From positions 390,001-422,000 of the forward strand of contig NC_017039.1 in NCBI RefSeq assembly GCF_000284455.1: a stretch of 32,000 nt of DNA. The letters run 5' to 3'. Position numbers and translations under genes: made by a program. Below are positions 1-9,376 of the stretch, one piece after another (the stretch's first letter is position 1; each line of letters begins with the position of its first letter). The DNA is from Synechocystis sp. PCC 6803 substr. PCC-P. Lineage in GTDB: Bacteria; Cyanobacteriota; Cyanobacteriia; Cyanobacteriales; Microcystaceae. The notes below the pieces were generated by a model. It was not told the origin of the DNA and did no database searches. It was given only the letters and a program-made list of their open reading frames with translations.

Positions 1-455
1 TAGGCGTTAACGGTTTTGCCGCCGTGGCAGTGGCCCTGGGGCACCACAAATCCGCCGCCAATGCCGTCCGGGCTAAGTTGGGGTTCAATGGCGATCGCCG
101 TTAAACGGTCCACCCATTGAGGCCGAATTAAACAATGGTCAAACTGCTTAGCTAGGGCCTGGGCATCATCCTCAGGACGGAGATAGAGTAATAGCTCTAA
201 CTCTCGATATTCCGTTTCTCCCCCCAACTCCTGGCTCAAATGGGTCCAACGATAGCGACTTTCATGGCCCAATTGCCGCTGTAGAGGAGTGGCCCCAGCC
301 CAATAGATAATGCCACCATAGCTCAGGGCCGTGGCGTTGATAGGCTGACGATGTTTTTCGAGTAATAGTACTCGTTGCCCTTGGTTTTGCAATTCATAGG
401 CGATCGCCGCTCCGGTAATGCCGGCCCCGACCACAATGGCATCGAAATTTTCCAT
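1..455 (-). CDS. FAD-dependent oxidoreductase (DAO/ThiO-like), N-terminal part; the 3' end lies beyond the window
   Basis: Reverse translation from the ATG at 455-453 gives [34 protein letters not shown]. This is a classic Rossmann GxGxxG dinucleotide-binding N-terminus followed by an acidic residue. The frame stays open to position 1. Confidence 0.75.
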   Translation of the reverse strand, partial: MENFDAIVVGAGITGAAIAYELQNQGQRVLLLEKHRQPINATALSYGGIIYWAGATPLQRQLGHESRYRWTHLSQELGGETEYRELELLLYLRPEDDAQALAKQFDHCLIRPQWVDRLTAIAIEPQLSPDGIGGGFVVPQGHCHGGKTVNA

Positions 456-736
456 TAACCTTGATTAACAATTTGGCCCAAGGCGGCAAAACCCGGCACT
501 TTCCCCGCTGAGGCGGCACCATCTTTCTCCGAAACAATGACCGCACTAATCTGATCGCTCATAATGGCCACCTTTTTCTCCGTCTGCTTTTCACAGGTGA
601 GTTCCAACACTTGGGGGCGATCGCCCTGCATGGCAGTGACAATGGTCTGATAGAGTGCTTCCGCCCCATCCTTTTCCTTGCGCTGTACGGACACGGGCAT
701 GGGGGAATATTTAAGGGTCAAATCAATGCTGATCAT
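455..736 (-). CDS. Small conserved hypothetical protein (93 aa), probably translationally coupled to the downstream oxidoreductase
   Basis: This is the ORF-track frame 455..877, with the start moved to the internal ATG at 736 ([15 protein letters not shown]...). The upstream 47 codons look non-coding. The TAA stop overlaps the ATG of the next gene (TAATG at 453-457). Confidence 0.5.
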   Translation of the reverse strand: MISIDLTLKYSPMPVSVQRKEKDGAEALYQTIVTAMQGDRPQVLELTCEKQTEKKVAIMSDQISAVIVSEKDGAASAGKVPGFAALGQIVNQG

Positions 737-1006
737 AGGGGAACCGTAAACGGGAAGTGGTGAAACAGTCTTGCGACTCTCCCTATCTAGGTTATAGTTT
801 TTTTGCCAAGAAGGGGGGAAAGCACCAGTTCCCAGGGCACTAAACCGCCAAGCTGCAATCCTCGTTTGTTTAAACAACAGCGCGACAAAGTTGAAATACC
901 TTTTCCATGGAAGACGTAAAATTCTTGATCGGCTCGATTTTATTTTAGTTAGCCATAAAATCCTAAGGTAATGTCGGGCAGTTCTACATGGATAAATGAA
1001 TAAACA

Positions 1007-1942
1007 CTAGTCCCCATGGGAGATCTGGTGCCAGGGGGGTAACTGGATTAAATCTTCCAGGTTGGCCTGCATAGTCTGGCAAATTTGGTCTAAGGGCAGA
1101 TCGTTGGCATCGTGGCCGAAGGGGTTTTCAATCTCCACTCCAATTTCTTCAATGCCGAAGACAGTGAAAGCGATAATTCCCACCACAAAAGCCGTGGCCC
1201 AATGGAGGGTATTCACAATCTGGAAAGGGGTAATGAAGCAATAGAGAAAGATTAGCTGGCGCAAATGGATGGCGTAGGCCAGGGGAATGGGGGTTTTTAA
1301 AATTCGTTCGCAACTGCCCAACACATCCACCATGGTGTCTACCAAGCGCAACATGGCGGTGAGCTGATAGGCATTAATATTGTTTTGGTCGTATTCCCGT
1401 TGCAGATAATTACTGATCCAAAAGGCGATTTCTAAGGGTGGATTATTTAGGTCCTCAAGCTTCCGGTAACCGGATTCCGGCAACAGAGCCCAAATTTCTT
1501 CATTTAGGGGTTGAGAGCGCAGGTGTAACTTTGTGGCCACGGCAAAGGCCACCAGAAGATGCAGAATTTTAATTTTGTCTTGGTGGGCTTGGGGACTGGG
1601 TTCTGCCACCGAAACCCAAATGATCCGAGAGAGGTTACGAATGGTGTTGACCATGGTGCCCCAAGCTTTGCGTCCTTCCCAAAAACGTTCATAGGCGGTG
1701 TTGGTGCGAAACACTAACAGCAATCCCAACACAATGCTGGGCACAATGCTCTCCTGGATGGGAATGGAAAATTTATATCCCCAACCATCCACCAGGGTCA
1801 CCCCCAGGGAAAAGGCCATACACACTAGCACCCGGGAGGCGATCGCCGGAATAACGGAACCTTGCCAACGCAGCAGTATGTCCGTCCATATGCGGGGCGA
1901 TCGGGATGGATGGTGGCTGAAAAAGCTCAAGAATTTGCTCAA
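1007..1942 (-). CDS. Bestrophin/UPF0187 (YneE-type) family anion channel
   Basis: 311-aa ORF with four hydrophobic segments and the family-like stretch FRTNTAYERFWEGRKAWG. The start codon in the track is TTG (caa at 1940-1942), so the exact start is uncertain. Confidence 0.8.
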   Translation of the reverse strand: MSKFLSFFSHHPSRSPRIWTDILLRWQGSVIPAIASRVLVCMAFSLGVTLVDGWGYKFSIPIQESIVPSIVLGLLLVFRTNTAYERFWEGRKAWGTMVNTIRNLSRIIWVSVAEPSPQAHQDKIKILHLLVAFAVATKLHLRSQPLNEEIWALLPESGYRKLEDLNNPPLEIAFWISNYLQREYDQNNINAYQLTAMLRLVDTMVDVLGSCERILKTPIPLAYAIHLRQLIFLYCFITPFQIVNTLHWATAFVVGIIAFTVFGIEEIGVEIENPFGHDANDLPLDQICQTMQANLEDLIQLPPWHQISHGD

Positions 1943-2000
1943 AATTTGCTCTCCCCCAACTTAGATAAACATTGCCAATCTAGGGGAATAATGGCCACAG

Positions 2001-3206
2001 TTATCCCTGGGCCAATGCCGTCTCTTGGGGCATCAAACTCAGCATCTTGGCGATCGCCGTTTCCAAATCATTGTGCCAATGGACAAGGCTGTTGTCGTAC
2101 ATCTGCTGGAGATGATCTAAATTTCCCTGGCTAAATCGGATAACCACCGGTAGCACTTCCCCTGTATAGGTTTGCCGTTGGGGAACCCGTTGGCGCTGGG
2201 GCAAACTGGGGCCCGTCCCCCGTAAACTGCGGTCTTCACTGGAGAGGTTGGGGGGCAGGGGTAAAAAAGACCGTAAATCTTCCGCCAAGGCCGAGGTGTC
2301 CGTTGCTCTGGTGGCCAGGTTAACAAAAATTCCTTTTAAATTGGGGGCCTGGCTGAGGTGGTTAAAGGCCAATTCCAGTTGTTCCCCCAGGGTTATGTCA
2401 CTGCGACCTTCATCCAATAAATAGGCGCCGGTGATGCCGAAGGAATTGAGCAGGTCCCACGTACTCAGGGCTAGCCCTTCACTGTTACAAATTAGGCCAA
2501 TTTGTCCCTGGGCCAAGTTCCCCGGCAGCCAACTATGCCCCGTCCATTGCTCCGATCGCCAATTGATCAAATCCGGATGCCGGTTGATCGCCGTATCGTT
2601 GACTGTAATTTTGCCGTCCAGGGCCATCACCTCCCCGTCAGCACTAATACCCAGGGGATTAATTTCAATCACGTCCAAGTCATAGGTGACAAACAATTCA
2701 TACATTTTGCCGATGATGCCGCTCACCGCAGTCACCAGGGGCCCGGTCAAACCCATTTTCACCGCTAGCCGTCGGGCTAGATAGGGAGAAAAGTTAGTCC
2801 GCAGGGAAACGCTCTGCATTTGCTCCAACAGGGTTTCCACATCAATGCCCCCCTCGCTGGAACCCATTAACACAGGGCACTGCCGTTGGTAGTCCAGCAC
2901 GATCGCCAAAAATAATTCCGACTGGGCATCGTAGCGGGCCTCAGCCAAAATCACCTCTGGGTACTCATCCGCAATGGGCAAATGGAAAATGGCCGAAGCG
3001 GCGGCAATGGCATCAATGGTATTTTCCACAAACCTAACCCCGCCGGCCTTACCCCGGCCCCCCGCCCGCACCTGGGATTTGAGCACCATGGGGTAGGGAA
3101 TTTGCAACCGTTTGAGGGCAGTGGTGTTTTGGATAGTCTGGGAAGGCAAAATGGGAATGCCCACTTGCTGAAATAGTTCCTTGGCCTGGTACTCTAACAA
3201 GTCCAT
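2001..3206 (-). CDS. sucC: Succinyl-CoA ligase (ADP-forming) beta subunit, ATP-grasp type
   Basis: The N-terminus MDLLEYQAKELFQQVGIP...VLKSQVRAGGRGKAGGV matches the canonical SucC opening (MNLHEYQAK...QVHAGGRGKAGGV). The start is ATG at 3206. No sucD gene is adjacent. Confidence 0.8.
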   Translation of the reverse strand: MDLLEYQAKELFQQVGIPILPSQTIQNTTALKRLQIPYPMVLKSQVRAGGRGKAGGVRFVENTIDAIAAASAIFHLPIADEYPEVILAEARYDAQSELFLAIVLDYQRQCPVLMGSSEGGIDVETLLEQMQSVSLRTNFSPYLARRLAVKMGLTGPLVTAVSGIIGKMYELFVTYDLDVIEINPLGISADGEVMALDGKITVNDTAINRHPDLINWRSEQWTGHSWLPGNLAQGQIGLICNSEGLALSTWDLLNSFGITGAYLLDEGRSDITLGEQLELAFNHLSQAPNLKGIFVNLATRATDTSALAEDLRSFLPLPPNLSSEDRSLRGTGPSLPQRQRVPQRQTYTGEVLPVVIRFSQGNLDHLQQMYDNSLVHWHNDLETAIAKMLSLMPQETALAQG

Positions 3207-3222
3207 AAGTGATCTCTAAAAT

Positions 3223-3945
3223 TTACTTCTGTTCGCCGCTATGGACAATTTCTTCCACTAGCTCCGATGGACGTCGCTCCGAAAAGCCCCAAGCAAACAG
3301 TAGCCCAATTATGACGATCATCAACAATTGTGGCGGCACTAACTCAGGGTTAATGACTCTGAGCAGTAGGCGCAGACCCACTAACCCCACTGTGATAAAA
3401 CCAGCATCTTTGAGGCGGGTAAAAATCTCTAACCAACGAATAAATAAACCCGCTAAAAACCTGAGGGCAATCACCCCAATGGTGCCCCCCACAATAATCA
3501 GCCATAACTGATCCGCCACGGCGATCGCCGTAGTGACACTATCGAGGGAAAAGGCTAAATCGGTGAAGGCAATCAGGGGGATCGCTTGCCAAAAGGAACT
3601 AAACTCAAAAGCCTTATGATGATTTTCCCCTTCATCGGGAGACAAAAAATAACTCCCCACCAGCCAGAGCAGGTACAATGCCCCCGCCAACTCAAACTGC
3701 CAATATTGCAACACAAAGGAAGCACTGATAATCAACAGAACCCTAAGCACATAGGCAATGACTAACCCTGCGTTCAAAGCTCGTCGTTGCTGGTCCGGAT
3801 TGGGTAAACCCTGGGCGATGGCGGCTAGGGCAATGGCATTATCCGCCGATAGCACTGCCTCAAGGGCAATTAACACTAGCAACGTCAATGGGATTTTGAG
3901 GACAACAGCAAAGGACGAGTTGAATAGTAGATCGAAGTCAAACAT
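3223..3945 (-). CDS. TerC family integral membrane protein
   Basis: Polytopic membrane ORF with TerC-like motifs (EAVLSADNAIALA and FSLDSVTTAIAV). The track starts at GTG 3951. ATG at 3945 (MFDFDLL) is chosen here, and either start is possible. Confidence 0.85.
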   Translation of the reverse strand: MFDFDLLFNSSFAVVLKIPLTLLVLIALEAVLSADNAIALAAIAQGLPNPDQQRRALNAGLVIAYVLRVLLIISASFVLQYWQFELAGALYLLWLVGSYFLSPDEGENHHKAFEFSSFWQAIPLIAFTDLAFSLDSVTTAIAVADQLWLIIVGGTIGVIALRFLAGLFIRWLEIFTRLKDAGFITVGLVGLRLLLRVINPELVPPQLLMIVIIGLLFAWGFSERRPSELVEEIVHSGEQK

Positions 3946-4097
3946 GGACACAGGGGAAGGTGGAGGCCTGCAGAGATAGACCGGAAAAACCAGGACTCAG
4001 CAAGGTTTAGTTCCAGTCATACCATCTTCCCTCATTATTGGGGGCTTTGGTGATGGGGGTCTACCCCCCTATCAGTAGCGATCGCCGTTGATCCCCG

Positions 4098-6119
4098 CTA
4101 AATTTCCTCCGGGGAAAAATTTGTCTCAGTGGGGGGAGCGAGGTCAGGCCAATCGTCTTCACTGACAGCAGCAGAAGGGGGGGAAACCGACGGGGGATCC
4201 TGGAGTAGGGATTTAACCTGGTCAACTACGGTGCTGAGTTTGCCTTCATTCAACAAACCATTGAGCAGGGTGAGGCCACTGGTGGAAAGCAGTAATTTAT
4301 TGATGTCTCCGCTGTTACTACCATTGCCATTGCTCCCACTTAACCCAGGGAAAGAGTAAATGCGGGATTCCCCCAAAACCCCGGGCTGGGGCGCCAACGC
4401 TTTGATTAGATCCGGCAGTTGGGTAACCAGTTCCGGCCAGATGGTTTTTAATAACTCCGCTGTGCGATTAGCATTACTTAAACTGTTATGGGCTTCGATA
4501 ATGGCTTTTTGTCCCTCCGCTTCAGCCATAGCTTTGTGGCGGTTGGCATCGGCCAGGGTGCGGATGGATTCCGCTTCCAATTCCGCCGCTTGCCTGGCAC
4601 TTTCCGCTTGCCGCCGCCGCCGGAATACGTCAATTTCCACCACGTTTTGTTCAGCGATGCGATGTTGTTGGGCATCCTGTTGGGCCACAATCACTGCTAA
4701 TTTTTGAGCCCTTTCCGCCGCTTCCACTTCCTGGGCGGTAATTACCCCGGATTCTGCCTCGGCCCGCAGGGCTTCCGCCTCTAACCGTTCCTTCTGTTTA
4801 TTGGCAATGGCGATCGCCGCTGTTTGTTCGGTGATTTGGGTTTTTTGTTCGGCCAGGGCAATTTCCGCCTTAGCTTGCAGTTGGGAAGCCTCGATGGTTT
4901 TCTTCCGTTGAATTTCCGCCACCTCCGCTTCCTGTTTTTGCAACGCCTGGGCCACTTTTAGCTCCTTATTCCGTTCCTCCAAGGCGATCGCCGACGCAAT
5001 TTGACTATTTTGAATAGCTAATTCTTTCTGAATCCGTTCCTCCTCCACCGCCTGTTCCTGGAGAATTTTATTCCGTTCCTTTTTCGCCTCCTCCTTATCC
5101 TTTGCCTCTTGAATTTCCCGTTGCTGTTGGGCTTCCTGGGATTCCAATTCCTTCCGTTGGGCTAGTTTGAGTAATTCAATTTCTTTTTGTTGGGTAATAT
5201 TGGCGTCTTCCTGCTCCCGTTTAATGGCTAAACTCTTTTTCTCAGCTTCCAATTCTCCCTGTTCAATGGCCACCCTGGTGGTTAACTCCACCTCCCGTTT
5301 TTGTTGGATGGATCGTTGGATCGTTTCCGTTCTTAACCGCACTCCCTGGGCATCAAAAAAGTTATTTTCGTCGTAGGTATCACTTTCTTCAATTTCGGAA
5401 ATGGCAATGTTATTGAGGGTTAAACCAACTTTACGTAAATCACCTTGGATCAGGTTCAACACTTCATCAGCAAAACCCAATTTATCGGAATCCAATTCCG
5501 CCAATTTTTTCTTTTTCGCCGCCGCTCGAATGGCATCATCGGCCCGTTTTTCCAGAGCATCTTTAATATCCGCTTCCGAAATTTGCCCTTTTTTAGAAAG
5601 CCTGGCCGCCGCTGTTAAAATTTCATTGCGGTTGGGGGTAATGCAAACGTAGAAAGTCACTCGCATATTGGCCCGCATATAATCCTGGGTCCGCACAGCC
5701 AAATTCCCTGCCCGCACCACATCGATAGAAATTTCCCTTAGGGAGACCCTGGTAATTTCATGGAAACCGGGAATGACAATGCAGCCTCCGTGGAGAATCA
5801 CCATTTGCTCTTTTTTAAAAACGCCGCCAGTTCTGACTAAAGCTTCGTTATTGGGGGCAATGACGTAAAAGCGGGTATAAAGAAAAATGGTCACTAAAAT
5901 CAGAAAAATGACCGCAATAATTACCACCGGAAAAAATAACAGTGGCGACAAACCTCCCAAGGCAGAATTATTATTATCCAAAGTCTGATTGGGGGCTTGG
6001 GCAATGATTAACTCTCCTGAAGTTTCACCTGGACTAGCCTGTATGGCCATTACGGGAACAGTGTCCCCTGGCAGGGTGGGCAAGGTCTGGAGAAATTCAA
6101 ACCAAAATTTACTTTGCAT
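4098..6119 (-). CDS. Flotillin-like SPFH/band-7 domain protein with a long Glu/Ala/Gln-rich coiled coil
   Basis: 673 aa. There is one TM segment (LLFFPVVIIAVIFLILVTIFLY) and an SPFH core (YVIAPNNEALVRTGG...). About 300 aa of EA/Q-rich heptad-like sequence follows, typical of flotillin domains. Confidence 0.85.
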   Translation of the reverse strand: MQSKFWFEFLQTLPTLPGDTVPVMAIQASPGETSGELIIAQAPNQTLDNNNSALGGLSPLLFFPVVIIAVIFLILVTIFLYTRFYVIAPNNEALVRTGGVFKKEQMVILHGGCIVIPGFHEITRVSLREISIDVVRAGNLAVRTQDYMRANMRVTFYVCITPNRNEILTAAARLSKKGQISEADIKDALEKRADDAIRAAAKKKKLAELDSDKLGFADEVLNLIQGDLRKVGLTLNNIAISEIEESDTYDENNFFDAQGVRLRTETIQRSIQQKREVELTTRVAIEQGELEAEKKSLAIKREQEDANITQQKEIELLKLAQRKELESQEAQQQREIQEAKDKEEAKKERNKILQEQAVEEERIQKELAIQNSQIASAIALEERNKELKVAQALQKQEAEVAEIQRKKTIEASQLQAKAEIALAEQKTQITEQTAAIAIANKQKERLEAEALRAEAESGVITAQEVEAAERAQKLAVIVAQQDAQQHRIAEQNVVEIDVFRRRRQAESARQAAELEAESIRTLADANRHKAMAEAEGQKAIIEAHNSLSNANRTAELLKTIWPELVTQLPDLIKALAPQPGVLGESRIYSFPGLSGSNGNGSNSGDINKLLLSTSGLTLLNGLLNEGKLSTVVDQVKSLLQDPPSVSPPSAAVSEDDWPDLAPPTETNFSPEEI

Positions 6120-6158
6120 GGTGTGCCTCCGGAGGATAAAAGTTGTAGTTGCGAAACC

Positions 6159-6980
6159 TTAAGCGTTGGTTAACCAAAATTTGGCAATGTAGCCCAAAGC
6201 TTTAACCCCATCTCGCCAATTGATTTTCTTTCCTTCCGCAAAGGTACGGCCATAATAGGCCACCCCCACTTCATAAATTCGCCATCGCTTCGGCGATCGG
6301 GTTACCTTCATTGTAAATTCAACTTCGAAACCGAAATCATTACAGGTTAAACGTAAATCCTCCAACACTTCCCGTCGAAACATTTTGTAACAAACTTCAA
6401 TGTCAGTGAGGTTAATATTACAGACCAAATCAATCAAACTGGTGATCAATTTATTGCCTAAATAATGATGGAAATAGAGCACCCGATGGGGATTGCCGTA
6501 GAAGCGGGAACCGTACACCACATCGGCCCAACCCCCATCAATTAACTTCCACATGGGACCCCAATCCTCGGGGTCGTATTCCAAATCCGCATCTTGAATA
6601 ATCAACACATCCCCGGTGGCGGCGGCAAAAGCAGTGTGGAGAGCCCCCCCTTTGCCCTGATTCTGACGATGGAAAATTACTTTCACTTCCCATTCCTTGG
6701 GCATAACAAAACTGTTCCCCTGGCGATCGCCGTTGGTTTCCGCCGATTGATCAAGGGGAAAGCACTGGAATTTACCCGCTAAGTTGACGTTGGCTAAAAC
6801 GGGATGCTGTTCCGGATCGCCAAAGGTATCCACCAACCATTCCCTCGTACCATCCTTAGAGCCATCGTCCACCATGACAATTTCCTTGGGGATTTCAGGC
6901 ATTACCGTGGTAATTTTTTTGAGAATTTTTTCGATGGTTTGGATTTCGTTATAAATCGGAATGATAACCGAAAGCTTCAT
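6159..6980 (-). CDS. Family 2 glycosyltransferase (dolichyl/polyprenyl-phosphate sugar transferase-like)
   Basis: MKLSVIIPIYNE...VDDGSKDGT...IIQDADLEYDP is the GT-A fold signature with a DxD motif. The start is moved to ATG 6980, because the 21 upstream codons of the track ORF are not family-like. Confidence 0.85.
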   Translation of the reverse strand: MKLSVIIPIYNEIQTIEKILKKITTVMPEIPKEIVMVDDGSKDGTREWLVDTFGDPEQHPVLANVNLAGKFQCFPLDQSAETNGDRQGNSFVMPKEWEVKVIFHRQNQGKGGALHTAFAAATGDVLIIQDADLEYDPEDWGPMWKLIDGGWADVVYGSRFYGNPHRVLYFHHYLGNKLITSLIDLVCNINLTDIEVCYKMFRREVLEDLRLTCNDFGFEVEFTMKVTRSPKRWRIYEVGVAYYGRTFAEGKKINWRDGVKALGYIAKFWLTNA

Positions 6981-7135
6981 GGAAATTGGCTTAGTTAAGA
7001 AAAACAGAAGAAAATCCTTGGCAATGGCGAAGTCACAGCCCACCTCAGCACCCTAAGAGTTATATCATTTGGAGAGAGGCTATTCGGAAAATTGAAGTCT
7101 ATTTTTAGTCAGAATTAACAGGAAGTAAGTTTTAG

Positions 7136-8245
<1,110 letters not shown>

Positions 8246-8263
8246 AAGGTAAAGAATTGTAAA
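8246..8263 (-). promoter_or_regulatory. HLR1-like direct repeat (candidate RpaB binding site) upstream of the hli gene
   Basis: The minus-strand reading is TTTACAAT-tc-TTTACCTT. These are two (G/T)TTACA(T/A)(T/A) octamers separated by 2 nt, with one mismatch in the second. The site lies 27-44 nt upstream of the hli ATG and directly abuts the obg stop codon. An AT-rich -10-like TAATTAT follows at about 8270-8277. Confidence 0.5.
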
Positions 8264-8289
8264 CTAAGTTAATTATCCCAGGAAATCCC

Positions 8290-8463
8290 ATGAGTGAAGA
8301 ACTACAACCGAACCAAACCCCCGTGCAGGAAGATCCCAAATTTGGCTTCAACAACTACGCGGAAAAGCTCAATGGCCGGGCTGCCATGGTGGGATTTCTC
8401 CTCATCCTGGTGATCGAATATTTCACTAACCAAGGGGTGTTGGCCTGGTTGGGACTGCGCTAG
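8290..8463 (+). CDS. hliD: High-light-inducible protein (HLIP/Scp, one-helix CAB-like), 57 aa
   Basis: This gene is absent from the ORF track (under 60 aa). My own translation is MSEELQPNQTPVQEDPKFGFNNYAEKLNGRAAMVGFLLILVIEYFTNQGVLAWLGLR. It contains the chlorophyll-binding CAB helix motif FGF..AE..NGR.AM.GF. The assignment to the HliD/ScpE paralog is from memory. Confidence 0.9.
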   Translation: MSEELQPNQTPVQEDPKFGFNNYAEKLNGRAAMVGFLLILVIEYFTNQGVLAWLGLR

Positions 8464-8499
8464 GGAGTTGGCTTATTGCTGCTTGCGTACAATCGAGAT

Positions 8500-8530
8500 A
8501 GCTGATAGCTCTGCCTAAATCAGCTTATTT
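8500..8530 (+). terminator. Candidate intrinsic terminator after the hli gene
   Basis: A 7-bp stem (AGCTGAT with ATCAGCT) encloses a 12-nt loop and is followed by TATTT. The stem is AT-rich and the loop is large. Confidence 0.4.
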
Positions 8531-8542
8531 CCCGGCAAAAAG

Positions 8543-9316
8543 CTAGAAGTTGTCCTTCATGCCCCGGAGCTTGCCAAATACCCGAGCTGGCTCCGTCATT
8601 CCTACCCTAGCTTGAATAGCTGGATTGTCCCACCGCAGAAAGGGATTGGTGCGTTTTTCTGTGCCCAACCAAGATGGAATGGTGGCCTGGCCCCGTTGGC
8701 GATCGCCTTGCACTGTCTGGAACCGTTCCTGAAGATCCTTGTTGCTGGGGTCAACGGTGAGGGCAAATTTGAGGTTACCTAGGGTGTATTCGTGGGCGCA
8801 CCACAGACGGGTTTGATCTGGTAGTTGGCGTAATTTGCCGATGGATTGCACCATCTGGGCGGGAGTGCCTTCAAACAATCGGCCACAGCCCCCAGCAAAA
8901 ATGGTGTCACCGCAAAATAAATCCCCGATGGTTTCTCCTGACCCTGGAGCAAAATAGTAGGCAATGTGGCCCCTAGTGTGGCCTGGTACAAAATAAACTG
9001 TGGCTTCCCTATCAGCAAAACTGAGGCGATCGCCGTCTCGCAGAAACACCGTTTGGCCGGGAATACGTCCCTGATCTTCGACTCCCCCGTAAACTTCCAG
9101 ATTGGGATATTTTGCTAACAGCTCTCGATTCGCTCCCACATGGTCCCCATGGTGATGGGTGTTATAAATGGTAACTAAATCGGCTCCTAAGGTTTCTAGA
9201 CAATCCAATACAGGTTTAGCTTCCGCCGGATCCACCACTGCGGCCTGATTCCTCTGGCGATCATGGAGGAGGAAAATATAGTTATCGGCCAGGGCTGGTA
9301 AGCGGTGAATATCCAT
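8543..9316 (-). CDS. gloB: Hydroxyacylglutathione hydrolase (glyoxalase II), metallo-beta-lactamase fold
   Basis: [17 protein letters not shown] opens the protein, with the THHHGDH metal motif and C-terminal GloB-type sequence (CAHEYT, NPFLR). Confidence 0.9.
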   Translation of the reverse strand: MDIHRLPALADNYIFLLHDRQRNQAAVVDPAEAKPVLDCLETLGADLVTIYNTHHHGDHVGANRELLAKYPNLEVYGGVEDQGRIPGQTVFLRDGDRLSFADREATVYFVPGHTRGHIAYYFAPGSGETIGDLFCGDTIFAGGCGRLFEGTPAQMVQSIGKLRQLPDQTRLWCAHEYTLGNLKFALTVDPSNKDLQERFQTVQGDRQRGQATIPSWLGTEKRTNPFLRWDNPAIQARVGMTEPARVFGKLRGMKDNF

Positions 9317-9376
9317 AATTTTTTTGTCTGATTAATCTCAGTGTTTGCCTGCAAGTATTTTAAAAAGCTGACCAAA

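Noticed and set aside
737-877. The upstream 47 codons of the 140-aa track ORF ([24 protein letters not shown]...)
   Set aside because: The composition looks non-coding. The conserved-looking, well-behaved part begins at the ATG at 736.
3952-4097. A possible yybP-ykoY (Mn2+) riboswitch upstream of the TerC gene, where such leaders are common
   Set aside because: I read the minus strand and found only a GGGGGGTAG...CCCCC mini-hairpin. The conserved four-way-junction core sequences are absent. A covariance-model scan (Rfam RF00080) would be decisive.
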